Source: Sphingobium sp. (lineage in GTDB: Bacteria > Pseudomonadota > Alphaproteobacteria > Sphingomonadales > Sphingomonadaceae). From it: a stretch of DNA of 64,000 nucleotides. The notes under the pieces were generated by a model. That model saw nothing but the letters and a program-made list of their open reading frames with translations, ran no database searches and had not been told where the DNA came from. The stretch spans positions 4,682 through 68,681 of the forward strand of contig DASVNT010000065.1 of assembly GCA_036383715.1 (NCBI GenBank), given 5' to 3'. The stretch's first letter is position 1. Every line of letters begins with the position of its first letter. Below, in pieces: positions 28,455 through 39,156 of the stretch. A program made the translations under genes and the position numbers.

Positions 28455-30490
28455 CAGGCGGCGAGCCCTTTGGTCCTCAGCAGCGCGTCGATCTCCGGCG
28501 CGCGGCCCGCAAAGGCGCGGAAATTCTCCGCCGCCGTGCGACTGGCGCCCACCGCCAAAATCTCCCGGCGAAAGGCGGTGCCCCCGCCGCCCGCTATGTC
28601 ACTGTGCGCGAATAGCTCGAAGGCGTCGGCAGACAGCAGTTCCGCCCAGAGATAGCTGTAATAGCCCGCCGCATAGCCGCCCGCGAAAATATGGGTGAAG
28701 CCATGGGCAAAGCGGTTCCACGCCGGCGGCTGGATGACGGCCACCGCCGCGCGCACCGCCGCCAACGTCTCGTTGACGCGAGCGCCCTGCGCCGGATCAT
28801 AGTCGCGGTGCAGTTGCAGGTCGAAGGTCGCGAACTCCACCTGACGGAGGAGGGCAAGGCCCGCCTGAAACTGCCGCGCGGCCAGCAGGCGATCAAACAT
28901 CGCGTCGGGCAGCGGCTCGCCCGTCTCGACATGGCCCGACAGGCCGATCAGCGTGGCCTTGTCCCAGGCGAAATTCTCCATGAACTGGCTGGGCAGCTCC
29001 ACCGCGTCCCATTCGACGCCGGAAATGCCGCCGATGGAGGGCAGGTCCACTTCGCTGAGGATGTGATGCAGCACATGGCCGAATTCGTGGAACAGCGTCA
29101 CCACGTCATTATGCGTCAGCAGCGAGGGGCGGTCGCCCGCAGGCGGCGCGAAGTTGGTGGTGAGATAGGCGACGGGCAGGTGGAAACGGTTCGCATCGCG
29201 GAAGCGCGCCCGGCACACGTCCATCCACGCCCCGCCCCGCTTGCCCGCGCGCGCGAACAGGTCGAGATAGACGCCCGCGACCACCGTGCCATCGGCATCG
29301 AGCAGGTCGTAATAGATGACATCCGGGTGCCAGACCGCAACGCCCTGCCGTGCGACAAGGCGGGTGCCGAACAACCGCTCGATCAGCCCTTCCGTACCCG
29401 CCAGCACCTTGGGCAGCGGGAAATAGGCCTTCATCGCCTCCTGATCGACGCCATGCAGCGTGCGGCGCATCGCCTCCGCCACATAGGAAAGATCCCAGGA
29501 CTGAAGATCGTCGAGGCCGAGTTCCGCCTTCGCAAAGGCGCGGGCTTCCGCCAGTTCCTTTTCCGCCATCGGCCGGGCGCGCTGGCCGAGGTCGGCGAGG
29601 AAGGCCAGCGCCTCCTCCGCATCCGCCGCCATCTTCGTCTCCAGCGAGTGGGCGGCGCTGTCGGCAAAGCCCAATATCCCCGCCGATTCATGGCGCAAGC
29701 GCAGGATCGCATCGATCCGCGCACTATTGTCGAAGCTGGTGTCCTGCGCCTGTTCCGACGCGCGGGTGGCGTTGGCGCGGTAGACGCGCTCGCGCAGCGC
29801 CCGGTCGGTCGCGTGGAGCAGGATTGCCTGCACGCTCGGCTGGCGCAGCGTCACCAGCCAGCCGTCGAGGCCTTTTTCCTGCGCATAGGCGGCGAGGATC
29901 GCGCGGTCGCTGTTCGGCACGCCCGCCAGCGCAGCCTCGTCCGTGATATGCTCGCTCCACGCCTCCGTCGCGTCCAGCACGGCGTTGGAGAAGGTCGTGG
30001 ACAGTTCACTCAGTTCGACGCCGATGGCGAGGAACCGCTGGCGCGCCTCCCCCTCCAGCGCGACACCGGCGAGGCGGAAACCGCGCAGCGCAAGCTCCAC
30101 GGCGCGCTGCTTGTCGGGCGAGAAGATCGAAAAATCCTTGCGCGCGGCCACCCGTTCCAGCGCGGCATAATGGTCGCGGTTCTGGCCCGCCTCCATCAGA
30201 TAGGCGGTGATCAGCGCCTGCCCCTCGGCATGGGCGGCGCGCAATTCCGGCGTGTCCGCGACGGAGGCGAGGTGCCCCACGGGGGACCAGATGCGCGACA
30301 GTTCGAAATCCGCCCGCTCGGACGCCAGTACGACCGTGTCGAAATCGCTGCTGTCGCTCTCGCTGATCCGCGCGATGGCGGCGCGGTGGTCGGCAATCGC
30401 CTGCGTGACGGCGGGCACAACATGCTCCGGCCGGATAGCGGCGAAATCGGGAAGGTCAGTATCGGCGAGGAGGGGATTGGCGTCTGTCAT
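28454..30490 (-). CDS. prlC: Oligopeptidase A (M3 family)
   Basis: GKRGGAWM, TLFHEFGHVLH, WDAVELPSQFMENF, GGYAAGYYSYLWAE. Confidence 0.95.
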   Translation of the reverse strand: MTDANPLLADTDLPDFAAIRPEHVVPAVTQAIADHRAAIARISESDSSDFDTVVLASERADFELSRIWSPVGHLASVADTPELRAAHAEGQALITAYLMEAGQNRDHYAALERVAARKDFSIFSPDKQRAVELALRGFRLAGVALEGEARQRFLAIGVELSELSTTFSNAVLDATEAWSEHITDEAALAGVPNSDRAILAAYAQEKGLDGWLVTLRQPSVQAILLHATDRALRERVYRANATRASEQAQDTSFDNSARIDAILRLRHESAGILGFADSAAHSLETKMAADAEEALAFLADLGQRARPMAEKELAEARAFAKAELGLDDLQSWDLSYVAEAMRRTLHGVDQEAMKAYFPLPKVLAGTEGLIERLFGTRLVARQGVAVWHPDVIYYDLLDADGTVVAGVYLDLFARAGKRGGAWMDVCRARFRDANRFHLPVAYLTTNFAPPAGDRPSLLTHNDVVTLFHEFGHVLHHILSEVDLPSIGGISGVEWDAVELPSQFMENFAWDKATLIGLSGHVETGEPLPDAMFDRLLAARQFQAGLALLRQVEFATFDLQLHRDYDPAQGARVNETLAAVRAAVAVIQPPAWNRFAHGFTHIFAGGYAAGYYSYLWAELLSADAFELFAHSDIAGGGGTAFRREILAVGASRTAAENFRAFAGRAPEIDALLRTKGLAA

Positions 30491-30583
30491 CGAAACTCGC
30501 TGCGGTTGAGAACTCGTCCTCTCCATGTCGGGAGAAACGGGCAGCGCTTCAAGGGAGAAGAGGTTCCGCGCCGCCGATCCGGA

Positions 30584-31969
30584 TCAAAGTCCCTCACCGC
30601 CGACCCATTGCGCATGGCCGATGCGCCGGGCGACCTCCCACACCTGCCGCCGGATATCGGGCACGGCGACGATCTCCCACCCCTCCGCCCGCGTCATGGG
30701 GCCGACGGCGATCAGGCCGGGATGCGCCTTGCCATGGCTGTCGAGAACATGGCCGTGCCGGTCGACGTCGAGGCCGAGGCCCAGCGCATCCTGCCGCACA
30801 TGGCCCGCACTGAGCAGGTCGCGCAGCAACAGGTCCGGGCTGGACGCGATTTCCCCCGACGGGCCGGTGCAGTTGATGATGCGCGCGACGGTCAGGCCGC
30901 GTGTCACATCGGTGCCGCGCACGCGCCACTCCACCCGCGCGCCGCCGTCCTGCCGCACCGCGCCCGTGATCTTGCCTGCGGCGAAGGCCAGCCGCGCCTC
31001 CATCTGCATCGCGCAGACCTTGCGATCCACGGCGGGGGCGAGGCGGTGGCGGTGCGCGTCCCAATAGGGGCGCAGGTGGCGGAGGAACTGGCGGCGCTCG
31101 CCCGGCGCCATCGCCCGCCACAAATCCTGCGTGAACGGGCGCAGTTCGTCGACCGCCGTGCGCCATCCGACGGCCTCCGCCCGGTTGCGCAGCGTCCGCA
31201 CCAGCGCCGATCCGGTCGCGCGGGGCCTGTCCACCGGCTCCGCATGGGGACCGACCAGCGCATGGCTGCGCGGGCGCAGGCCGCGGCGGGAGAGGGCGGT
31301 GATCTGCCCCTCGAACCCGTCCGCATCCAGCGATAGCGCCGCGTCCACCGCCGTCAGGCCGGTGCCGATCAGCAGGACCGCGTCATGCTTGCCCAGCCGG
31401 TTGGTCGGACGCTGCGCCCACGGACTGGCGAAATAGATATCCGGCCCCAGATCGCTGACATGTGGCAGGGGCGCGGGCGCCATATTGCCCTGCGCGAGGA
31501 TCAGCCGGTCGCAGTCATGGCCGGTGCCATCCGCCAGTTCCACGGTCCACCCCTCACCCTTGGGCTTCGCGCGCACCGCTTGTCCGTCGACCAAAGTCAC
31601 CCGTCCGGGCGCGGCGGTCCGTGCCTCGTGCAACTGGTCCGCCAGATAGCGGCCATAGGTGCGGCGCGGGACGAAGCGGTTCGCGCCCTCGCGATCCTCT
31701 CCCAGCCAGCGGGAGAAATGGTCGGGCGTGTCGGGAAAGGCGCTCATGTTCGATGCGCGGACGTTCAGGATATGCTCCGGGTTGTCCATGCCATAGGCGA
31801 GGCCCCGGCCCAGCCGATCCGGCTCACGCTCCACCACCACGACCTCCGCCGCCGTATAGCGCAACAGGTTGATGGCAAGCAAAGTGCCACTGAACCCGCC
31901 CCCCACGATGAGGATGCGTCCCCCGCCGCCGCCTGCTGGGAGAGGTGACGCTGTGCTGCCCTGATACAT
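30584..31969 (-). CDS. FAD/NAD(P)-binding protein
   Basis: IVGGGFSG, GRGLAY, HILNVRASNMSAF, IGTGLTAVD, INCTGP; start uncertain. Confidence 0.88.
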   Translation of the reverse strand: MYQGSTASPLPAGGGGGRILIVGGGFSGTLLAINLLRYTAAEVVVVEREPDRLGRGLAYGMDNPEHILNVRASNMSAFPDTPDHFSRWLGEDREGANRFVPRRTYGRYLADQLHEARTAAPGRVTLVDGQAVRAKPKGEGWTVELADGTGHDCDRLILAQGNMAPAPLPHVSDLGPDIYFASPWAQRPTNRLGKHDAVLLIGTGLTAVDAALSLDADGFEGQITALSRRGLRPRSHALVGPHAEPVDRPRATGSALVRTLRNRAEAVGWRTAVDELRPFTQDLWRAMAPGERRQFLRHLRPYWDAHRHRLAPAVDRKVCAMQMEARLAFAAGKITGAVRQDGGARVEWRVRGTDVTRGLTVARIINCTGPSGEIASSPDLLLRDLLSAGHVRQDALGLGLDVDRHGHVLDSHGKAHPGLIAVGPMTRAEGWEIVAVPDIRRQVWEVARRIGHAQWVGGEGL

Positions 31970-32046
31970 ATGCCGTTCCACTGTCGAGTACGGCTGGGGC
32001 GCCGCCATTCCCTCGCAATATCCCCAATCCGGCATCCGCCCAAGTA

Positions 32047-32075
32047 TTGTTTACTAATTTGGTAGAAATAGTAGG
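32047..32075. promoter_or_regulatory. AT-rich imperfect inverted repeat, candidate Rrf2-family operator
   Basis: TTGTTTACTAATTTGGTAGAAATAGTAGG in a GC-rich background, upstream of the FAD oxidoreductase. Confidence 0.35.
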
Positions 32076-32117
32076 CTGGATATCGATATAAAGGCCCGAT
32101 CTGGAAAGCGTGGGCGG

Positions 32118-35100
32118 TCAGGCCGCGCGATCCAGTTCCGGCACGGTGTCGACAGAAGCAGCGGGCATGGCCTCATCCAGACTGACCTCGCCGCTGCGGT
32201 CGAGCTTGCCCCAGCCGACACGCGGACCGCTCAATGCCGCGAACAGCGCGCGCACGACGACGGCGTAGAGAAGCTGGCGATAGCCGAAACGCTGCATCAA
32301 CAGGCGCAGCGCGGGGAAGCGCCCCTCCTTTCCGTCGAGACGGTAGGCGACCCAGCCGCAGACGACGTCGATGGCGGCGAAGGCGGTCCAGAACGCCGCG
32401 ATCGTCACCAGATCGCCCTGCATCATCGCAAAGCCATGGTTGAGGAGGCGCAAACCCGTGTCGATCAGGCTGGCGATCAACGCCAGGTCGATCAGTGGCG
32501 AGACGAGGCCAAAGGCGATCTGGAACAGCCACGCCTGCGGCATGCCGATGCGCGACAGGCCGCGCGCCTGACCGGAGAGCATGGCGGAACGATGCTTCCA
32601 CAGGCATTGCAGCGTGCCGAACGCCCAGCGATAGCGTTGCTTGAACAGGCCCCGGAACGTATCGGGCGCTTCGGTCCAGGCGATGGCGTCCACGTCGCAG
32701 GCGACTTTCCATCCCGCGCGCTGGATGGCGATGGTCAGATCCTGATCCTCCGCCAGCGTGTCGGCAGGATAGCCGCCCACTTCGTCCAGCGCGGTCCTGC
32801 GCCATGCACCGACCGCGCCGGGGACGACAGTAATCGCGTCCAGCGCGGACAGGGCACGACGTTCCAGATTCTGTGCCGTCACATATTCGACCGACTGCCA
32901 GCGGGTGACGAGGTTGATGCGATTGCCGATCTTGGCATTGCCCGCGACCGCGCCGATGGCAGGGTCCGCGAACCAGCGCGACAGGCGGGCGATCGTCTCC
33001 GGCTCGAACTGGGTGTCGGCGTCCAGCGCGATCACGATGTCGCCCTTGGCGATACGCAATCCCTGATTGAGCGCCCGCGCCTTGCCGCCGTTTTTCAGCG
33101 TCAGCAATGTCACGCGCGGGTCCATGCCGAATGTGCGGGCGACTATGGCGGAGGTGGCGTCCGCCGACCCGTCGTCGATAACGATCACCTCGATACGCGG
33201 GCCGGTGCTGGCGAGGACGCGGCGCACCGACGCCTCGATCACCCGCTCCTCATTATAGGCCGGGATCAGTACCGAGACGAAACGCGGCACCAGATGCGGG
33301 GCGGGGTCGGGCGTGACGGCCTTGCGCGCGCTCCAGCAGGCGAGGGCGGTCAGGATCACCGACCGCGCGATGCCGAGGATGATGGCGAACAGGAACAGCC
33401 CGCCGATGATCTTGCCCGCGCCCGACAGGCCGAGGAACAATGTGCCCGCGCCCCCAGCGGCGGCGTGATGCGATCCGGTGAGCACCGGCATGACCGCGTC
33501 GCTGCTGAGGCCCGCAAGGCGCGAGACGGTGACGAACTCATAGCCCCGCGCGCGCAGTTCGCGGATGATGCCGGGCAGGGCGCGGATGGTTGCGCTGCGG
33601 TCGCCGCCCGAATCGTGGAGGAGGATGATCTGGGTCGAGCGCGTCTCGTCCCCCGATTCCACCTGCGCCACCGTCTGCGCGATGATCCGTTCGGGCGTGG
33701 TGACTGTCCAGTCGAGTGGATCGACGTTCAGGCCAACGGAGAGATAACCCATGTCGGCGGCAACGCGCACGGGGCGGATCTCGCCCGGCCTGTTGGGTTC
33801 GGCATCGCCCAGATAGGGCGCGCGGAACAGGCGCATGGAGCGCCCGGTATAGCTCTCCACCAGCCGCTGCGTCGTGTTCAGCTCCAGCCGGATGGCGGAG
33901 TCCGACAGGCGATCGAGGTCGGGATGGGTGGTCGAATGATTGCCGACTTCCGATCCCTCCGCGATGATCCGGCGCAGGAGGTCCGCTTCGCCCAGCACAT
34001 TGGCGCCCGTGACGAAGAAGGTCGCGGGGGCGTGATTCGCCTTCAATATGTCGAGGATATGCGGCGTCCACTTGGGGTCCGGGCCATCGTCGAAGGTCAG
34101 CGCGACACGGCGGCGGTCGTTGCCCGCACGCTGCACCAGATTGGCGGTGGGCAGGGCGTCATAGCGCGCGGTACGGATCAGGCCGTCGGGGCCGGGGCTG
34201 GCGATACGCGCACCCGGCGCGGCGGCGCTGGTCAGCCGCATGATCTCGCCCTGTCCGCGAATCTGCACGGCGTCCTGCGTTGGCAGTCGGGCAAGGTCGG
34301 GCGTGGCCCCTGCGGGCGTGTCGAGCGCGGCCCACACGCCGGGGTCTTCGCTGCCCAGACGCCAGAGCGCGACGCCTGCCGCATCGAGGCGGCGCGCAAC
34401 CTGCAACTGGTTCCAGCTGCTCAGCGCGTCGAGCATCCAGAGTTGGTGGCGGACGCCCCCCTCCTCATAGGAGAAATGGCTGTTGCCGCTGGCCGGGTCG
34501 AACAGGGGGCGGGTTCCGGCGGCGGCGGCCTTGTCCCACGCCTGCGCGACGGTCAGGGGAGCGGCTGTGCCTTTCCCCCAGTCATAGGCGTAGTTGCCGA
34601 TGGCGATCACGGCCTTGTCCGTTCCGACCGTCCGCACCGCCTTGTCCACGACGCGCGCGAACCATGGCTGCGACGCAATGGGCCCGGCCTCTCCGCCGGG
34701 CCAATGCTCGTCATAGGCCATCAGGAAGATGCGGTCGGTGACGGCGCGATAGGCGGCGAGATCCCAGTCAGCATCTCCGACGGGCGCGGCGATGGTAACG
34801 ATCAGGCCACGCGGCGCGAACCGCGCCCGCGCTTCCTTCAGCAGCGTGCGATAGCCGTCATGCGCCGTCGCGGGCAGATTCTCCATGTCGAGGGCGATGC
34901 CCGCCGCGCCTTCCGCGACGACGGCCCGGTCGATCCGGTCGAGGAACAGGTGCCGCGCATGGCGGTCGGCGAACAGGCGCGCGCTGCCCCGGCCATCCCA
35001 CTCGCCCGCATCGCTGACATTCTGCACCATGAGGAGCAGCCGGGTATCGGGGTGCGCGTCGAGCACAGAACGCAAATGGTCGTCAGCCTCATAATGCCAA

Positions 35101-35489
35101 GCATGCTGCGGCCCATGGACAGTGGCGAGGCCCGCCGCGACCCAGCCCAACCGCGCGGCGTTGGCGGTCAGCGACCGGCGTCCCGCTTCATCCCACGGCA
35201 TATAGAAGCCATAATGTTCGGAGGCATTGCGGGAAGGCACAGCCGCGGCTTTTGCCGGGAGCCAAGCCCCTGTCTCCGTGCCAGAAGCAAGGGGATGGAC
35301 GGCGAGGCTGTGGGGCTGCGCGGCATGGTCGACGGCGACCAGCGCGGGCGCTGTATGGCGTTCGGTGGTAAAGACCGCCCCCAACAGAACCGCAGCGGCC
35401 AGCAGCGTGGCGCCGATCAGCAGATACAGGCCCAATCGGACGATGCGCGTACGCTGTCCACTTGGGTCATGGAAGACCTGAAACTCCAC
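32118..35489 (-). CDS. Trifunctional GH18 + NodB polysaccharide deacetylase + GT2 synthase
   Basis: GH18 (GIALDME, LMAYDEHW, ALWRLGSED); CE4 (LTFDDGP, HSTTH, FRAPY, LLHD); GT2 (DDGS, DAD, AED, QRYRW). Confidence 0.92.
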   Translation of the reverse strand: MEFQVFHDPSGQRTRIVRLGLYLLIGATLLAAAVLLGAVFTTERHTAPALVAVDHAAQPHSLAVHPLASGTETGAWLPAKAAAVPSRNASEHYGFYMPWDEAGRRSLTANAARLGWVAAGLATVHGPQHAWHYEADDHLRSVLDAHPDTRLLLMVQNVSDAGEWDGRGSARLFADRHARHLFLDRIDRAVVAEGAAGIALDMENLPATAHDGYRTLLKEARARFAPRGLIVTIAAPVGDADWDLAAYRAVTDRIFLMAYDEHWPGGEAGPIASQPWFARVVDKAVRTVGTDKAVIAIGNYAYDWGKGTAAPLTVAQAWDKAAAAGTRPLFDPASGNSHFSYEEGGVRHQLWMLDALSSWNQLQVARRLDAAGVALWRLGSEDPGVWAALDTPAGATPDLARLPTQDAVQIRGQGEIMRLTSAAAPGARIASPGPDGLIRTARYDALPTANLVQRAGNDRRRVALTFDDGPDPKWTPHILDILKANHAPATFFVTGANVLGEADLLRRIIAEGSEVGNHSTTHPDLDRLSDSAIRLELNTTQRLVESYTGRSMRLFRAPYLGDAEPNRPGEIRPVRVAADMGYLSVGLNVDPLDWTVTTPERIIAQTVAQVESGDETRSTQIILLHDSGGDRSATIRALPGIIRELRARGYEFVTVSRLAGLSSDAVMPVLTGSHHAAAGGAGTLFLGLSGAGKIIGGLFLFAIILGIARSVILTALACWSARKAVTPDPAPHLVPRFVSVLIPAYNEERVIEASVRRVLASTGPRIEVIVIDDGSADATSAIVARTFGMDPRVTLLTLKNGGKARALNQGLRIAKGDIVIALDADTQFEPETIARLSRWFADPAIGAVAGNAKIGNRINLVTRWQSVEYVTAQNLERRALSALDAITVVPGAVGAWRRTALDEVGGYPADTLAEDQDLTIAIQRAGWKVACDVDAIAWTEAPDTFRGLFKQRYRWAFGTLQCLWKHRSAMLSGQARGLSRIGMPQAWLFQIAFGLVSPLIDLALIASLIDTGLRLLNHGFAMMQGDLVTIAAFWTAFAAIDVVCGWVAYRLDGKEGRFPALRLLMQRFGYRQLLYAVVVRALFAALSGPRVGWGKLDRSGEVSLDEAMPAASVDTVPELDRAA

Positions 35490-35785
35490 GCAGCCACCAT
35501 GTTCGATTTATGTGCGCGCCGCCTTACGAGCCGAATCTATAATGAAGGCCTAATTAACCATGGACATTGTGAGATTTTCGGATCTCCGCCAAGGTGCCGG
35601 ATTAAGCGATCGACACGCATTAGCGTTCGCAGGGCAGCCTCATGGTATTGCGATGCAGTTGCGATTCCGCAACGATGATCATGGTGTCATTTGCCGCCAC
35701 TTGTATCAAATATGCTGATTTTTATGCAACAGTCGCCAGCAATAATTCGTCATTCGGAGGCAATGTCCTGCCTGGCATATCCGCT

Positions 35786-35804
35786 ATTGAGAATCGTTAT
35801 TGAC
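35786..35804. promoter_or_regulatory. Fur-like iron box
   Basis: ATTGAGAATCGTTATTGAC, ~50 nt upstream of the siderophore receptor. Confidence 0.65.
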
Positions 35805-35855
35805 CATATGCCGACCCGTCCCTAGTGCCCCCGCATCGAATTAAAGGGGACGTAT

Positions 35856-38357
35856 ATGACATCGACTTCGCGCAAGGCCGCCGTGCGCGCCTCTCTGGCG
35901 CTCTCCTGCGTAGGCTCCGCCTTGCTGCCCCTCGCGGCCACGTCGCTGCACGCGCAGGAAGAAGGTCGCAGGCTCGGCGGCATGACCGTCACCGACACCG
36001 CCATCGACGATGCGCCCGCGCAGCAGCAGTCCTCGCCCAAGGCCGTGCGGTCCGTCCGCGACACGCCGCAGACGATCACCGTGCTGGGCAAGGACGTGCT
36101 GCAGCAACAGAATCTGATCTCGCTGCAGGACGCGCTGTCCACCGTCCCCGGCATCACTTTCGGTGCGGGTGAAGGCGGCAGCGGCTTCGGCGACAACATC
36201 AACCTGCGCGGTTACAGCGCGAACAACGACATCACGCTCGACGGCATCCGCGACAGCGCGCAGTACAGCCGCAGCGACAGCTTCAACGTCGAGCAGATCG
36301 AGGTCACCAACGGCGCGAGTTCGGTTCAAAACGGGTCCGGTTCAGTGGGCGGCACCATCAACCTTGTCAGCAAACGTCCGCTGGACCGCGATCAGGCGAT
36401 TTTCCAGGCGGGAATTGGCACCGACAATTATTATCGCGCCACTGCCGACGTCAATTATCACCTGAACGACGACATCGCCTTTCGCCTGAACGGCATGTTC
36501 CACAAGAATGACGTGCCCGGCCGTCAGGTCGAAAAGAGCGAGCGTTGGGGCATTGCGCCGTCGATCACCGTGGGCATGAGCGGCCCGACCCAGATGACGC
36601 TGTCCTATGTGCATCAGGAAGACGTCAACATACCGCAGTTCGGCGTGCCGTTCTTCACCACGCCGACCTATCTCGGTCGGGCCAACACGCCTTATGTCGG
36701 CCCGCTGCCGGGCGTCGACCGCTCTGCCTATTATGGGTATCGCAACCTCGATACGCAGCGGATCAACCTGAACCAGATCAACCTGATCTTCGACCACGAA
36801 TTCAGCGACCAGGTGTCGCTGCGCAACTACACCCGCTATCAGGAAGTCACGCAGTTCACGATCACGGACGGGCCGGAGGGCGTATTCTGCCTGCCCGGCG
36901 GCACGACCATTTCGGGTGGCGTCTGCACGGCTTCGGTGAGCAATGGCACGACTAATGTGACGGTGCCCGTTGCGCCCGGCACCTTCTTCCCTACCGGTGG
37001 TTCGCGCGGCAATACCCGCGACACACGCAACCGCCTGCTCTATAACCAGACCGACCTGAAGGCGGTCGTCAACACCGGACCCATCGAGCATACGCTGGAC
37101 CTCGGCGTTTCGATCTCGCGCGAAATCTACAATGCCCGCTCTGGCAACTCGCAACGCGCGGCGGACGGAAGGTTTGCGTTTGCTCTCACGCCCTCCGCGA
37201 TTGTTGCTTATGACAGCATCAATCCGAACAACGCCAACACCTACACCGGACCGGTGAACTTTGTCGTCGCCACCCGGCCGCGCGCCCGCATCCAGAATTA
37301 TGCGGCATATCTGTTCGACGCCATGAAACTGGGCAGCCATTTCGAGATCAATGGCGGCCTGCGTCTGGAACGGAACGTCGGCCAGTCGCAGACTACCACC
37401 TTCGTCACCACGCCGGGCGCGACTTTCGGTCAGGTGGCTCCGCCGTATCCCGCGTCGCAGCCGAGCACCGGCACGTACAACTTCCCCACGACCGTCCACA
37501 ACGCTTACACATTGTTCTCCTATCGTGTGGGTCTGGTGTACAAGCCCATTGAGACGGTCAGCGTCTATGCCGCCTTTGGCAACAGCAAGACGCCGTCGCA
37601 GACCACAGTCAACTCCGCAGGAACCTGTTCGATCAACGGTGTGACCGCCGTGGTTTCCGCAACTGCACCGGTCTCGTCGTGCAGCACCCGGCCGGAGGGC
37701 GCCAAGAATTACGAAATTGGCGCCAAGGCTGAATTGTTCGACGGGGGCCTGCTCCTGACCGCAGCGGTCTTTCGCAACGACCGCGACAGCTACCGGGTGC
37801 CGTCGGGCGACTCCACTGTGCCGGACCAGCAGGCCGACGGCCGGGCGCGGGTTGATGGCATCCTCCTGGGCGCATCCGGTCACATCACGCCGGAATGGTC
37901 GATCACGGCCAATTACAGCTATTTGAAGAGCAAACTGCTTCAGAGCGTATCGGACAAGTGTCTCGCCAACCCCGGCTCGGGTAATTGCACCAATGTCGTG
38001 CCCGGAAATCCCAATCCCGGCGCTGGCTCCGAACTGCTCAACGCGCCGAAGCATTCAGGCAGCATCTACACCGCCTATGTCTTCCCTTTCGGTCTGACCG
38101 TCGGCTATGGCGCGACCTATCAGGGCAGCTTCGCGCTTAACACGCCTGCCACGACTGATGCGCCCGTCTTCCACTCGGACAGCTATCTCGTCCACAATGC
38201 GAACATCAGCTATGCGTTCAACAAGTCGCTGAGCCTGCAGGTCAATGTGAAGAACATCGGTGACAAGCTCTATTACAATCGCATCCGTGCCAACAGCGGC
38301 TGGGCCACGCCGGGCGATGCCCGCTCTGCGGTCGCGACGCTGACCTACAAGATGTAG
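35856..38357 (+). CDS. TonB-dependent siderophore receptor (Fiu/PiuA-like)
   Basis: DTPQTITV, PGITFGAGEGG, DGIRDSAQYSRSDSFNVEQIEV; followed by piuC. Confidence 0.92.
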   Translation: MTSTSRKAAVRASLALSCVGSALLPLAATSLHAQEEGRRLGGMTVTDTAIDDAPAQQQSSPKAVRSVRDTPQTITVLGKDVLQQQNLISLQDALSTVPGITFGAGEGGSGFGDNINLRGYSANNDITLDGIRDSAQYSRSDSFNVEQIEVTNGASSVQNGSGSVGGTINLVSKRPLDRDQAIFQAGIGTDNYYRATADVNYHLNDDIAFRLNGMFHKNDVPGRQVEKSERWGIAPSITVGMSGPTQMTLSYVHQEDVNIPQFGVPFFTTPTYLGRANTPYVGPLPGVDRSAYYGYRNLDTQRINLNQINLIFDHEFSDQVSLRNYTRYQEVTQFTITDGPEGVFCLPGGTTISGGVCTASVSNGTTNVTVPVAPGTFFPTGGSRGNTRDTRNRLLYNQTDLKAVVNTGPIEHTLDLGVSISREIYNARSGNSQRAADGRFAFALTPSAIVAYDSINPNNANTYTGPVNFVVATRPRARIQNYAAYLFDAMKLGSHFEINGGLRLERNVGQSQTTTFVTTPGATFGQVAPPYPASQPSTGTYNFPTTVHNAYTLFSYRVGLVYKPIETVSVYAAFGNSKTPSQTTVNSAGTCSINGVTAVVSATAPVSSCSTRPEGAKNYEIGAKAELFDGGLLLTAAVFRNDRDSYRVPSGDSTVPDQQADGRARVDGILLGASGHITPEWSITANYSYLKSKLLQSVSDKCLANPGSGNCTNVVPGNPNPGAGSELLNAPKHSGSIYTAYVFPFGLTVGYGATYQGSFALNTPATTDAPVFHSDSYLVHNANISYAFNKSLSLQVNVKNIGDKLYYNRIRANSGWATPGDARSAVATLTYKM

Positions 38358-38475
38358 TCGGCCAAACCGGGCGCGGGGCTCCCCTTCGCATCCGGTCATT
38401 TCGCCCTTGCCTCAAGGGACCGACACCCGCATGGCTCCATGCGGGTGTTCGTTTTTGCGAAGGATTCGCACTGTC

Positions 38476-39156
38476 ATGCTGCTGCACATTCCCGCCCTCC
38501 TGACTGCGGACGACGTGGGCCATGCGCAGGATCTGCTGGGCAATGCGGCGTGGGAGGACGGTCGCCGCACCGCCGGGCACCGCGCGCAGGGCGTCAAGAA
38601 TAACGAGCAGTTGCACCCCGACCGGCCGGAGGCGCAGCAACTGGGCGCGCTGATCGGCGAGCGGCTGATGCAGAACCCGACCTTCCTCGCCGCCGCGCTG
38701 CCGCTGCGCGTGATGCCGCCGCGCTTCAACCGCTATGCGGGCGAAGGGCATTATGGCAATCATGTCGACAATGCGATCTTCCCGGTGCCGGGCACGACTA
38801 TCAGTGTGCGGTCCGACCTCTCCATGACGATCTTCCTGAACGACCCCGCCGACTATGACGGCGGCGAGCTCACCATTCAGGACACCTTCGGGGAGCAGCG
38901 GATCAAGCTGCCTGCGGGCGACGCCGTGCTCTATCCGGGCAGCAGCCTGCACCGGGTGACGCCGGTGACGCGCGGCGTGCGGCTGGCATCCTTCCTCTGG
39001 GCGCAGAGCCTGGTGGCGCAGGATCATCGCCGCCGGATGCTCTATGAACTGGACCTCGCCATACAGGCGCTGGGCGTCGATCATCCCGATCATGGGTCGG
39101 TCGATACGCTGACCAACCTCTATCACAACCTGCTGCGTGAATGGTCGGCCACATGA
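38476..39156 (+). CDS. piuC: PKHD-type Fe(II)/2-oxoglutarate dioxygenase (PiuC/YbiX)
   Basis: PPRFNRY, YGNHVDNA, YDGGEL, SLHRVTPVTRGVR, YHNLLREW. Confidence 0.93.
   Translation: MLLHIPALLTADDVGHAQDLLGNAAWEDGRRTAGHRAQGVKNNEQLHPDRPEAQQLGALIGERLMQNPTFLAAALPLRVMPPRFNRYAGEGHYGNHVDNAIFPVPGTTISVRSDLSMTIFLNDPADYDGGELTIQDTFGEQRIKLPAGDAVLYPGSSLHRVTPVTRGVRLASFLWAQSLVAQDHRRRMLYELDLAIQALGVDHPDHGSVDTLTNLYHNLLREWSAT

Noticed and set aside
35540-35562. Possible CtrA site (TGAA-N7-TTAAC) upstream of the trifunctional GT2 gene
   Set aside because: Only one good half-site; too weak to report as a feature
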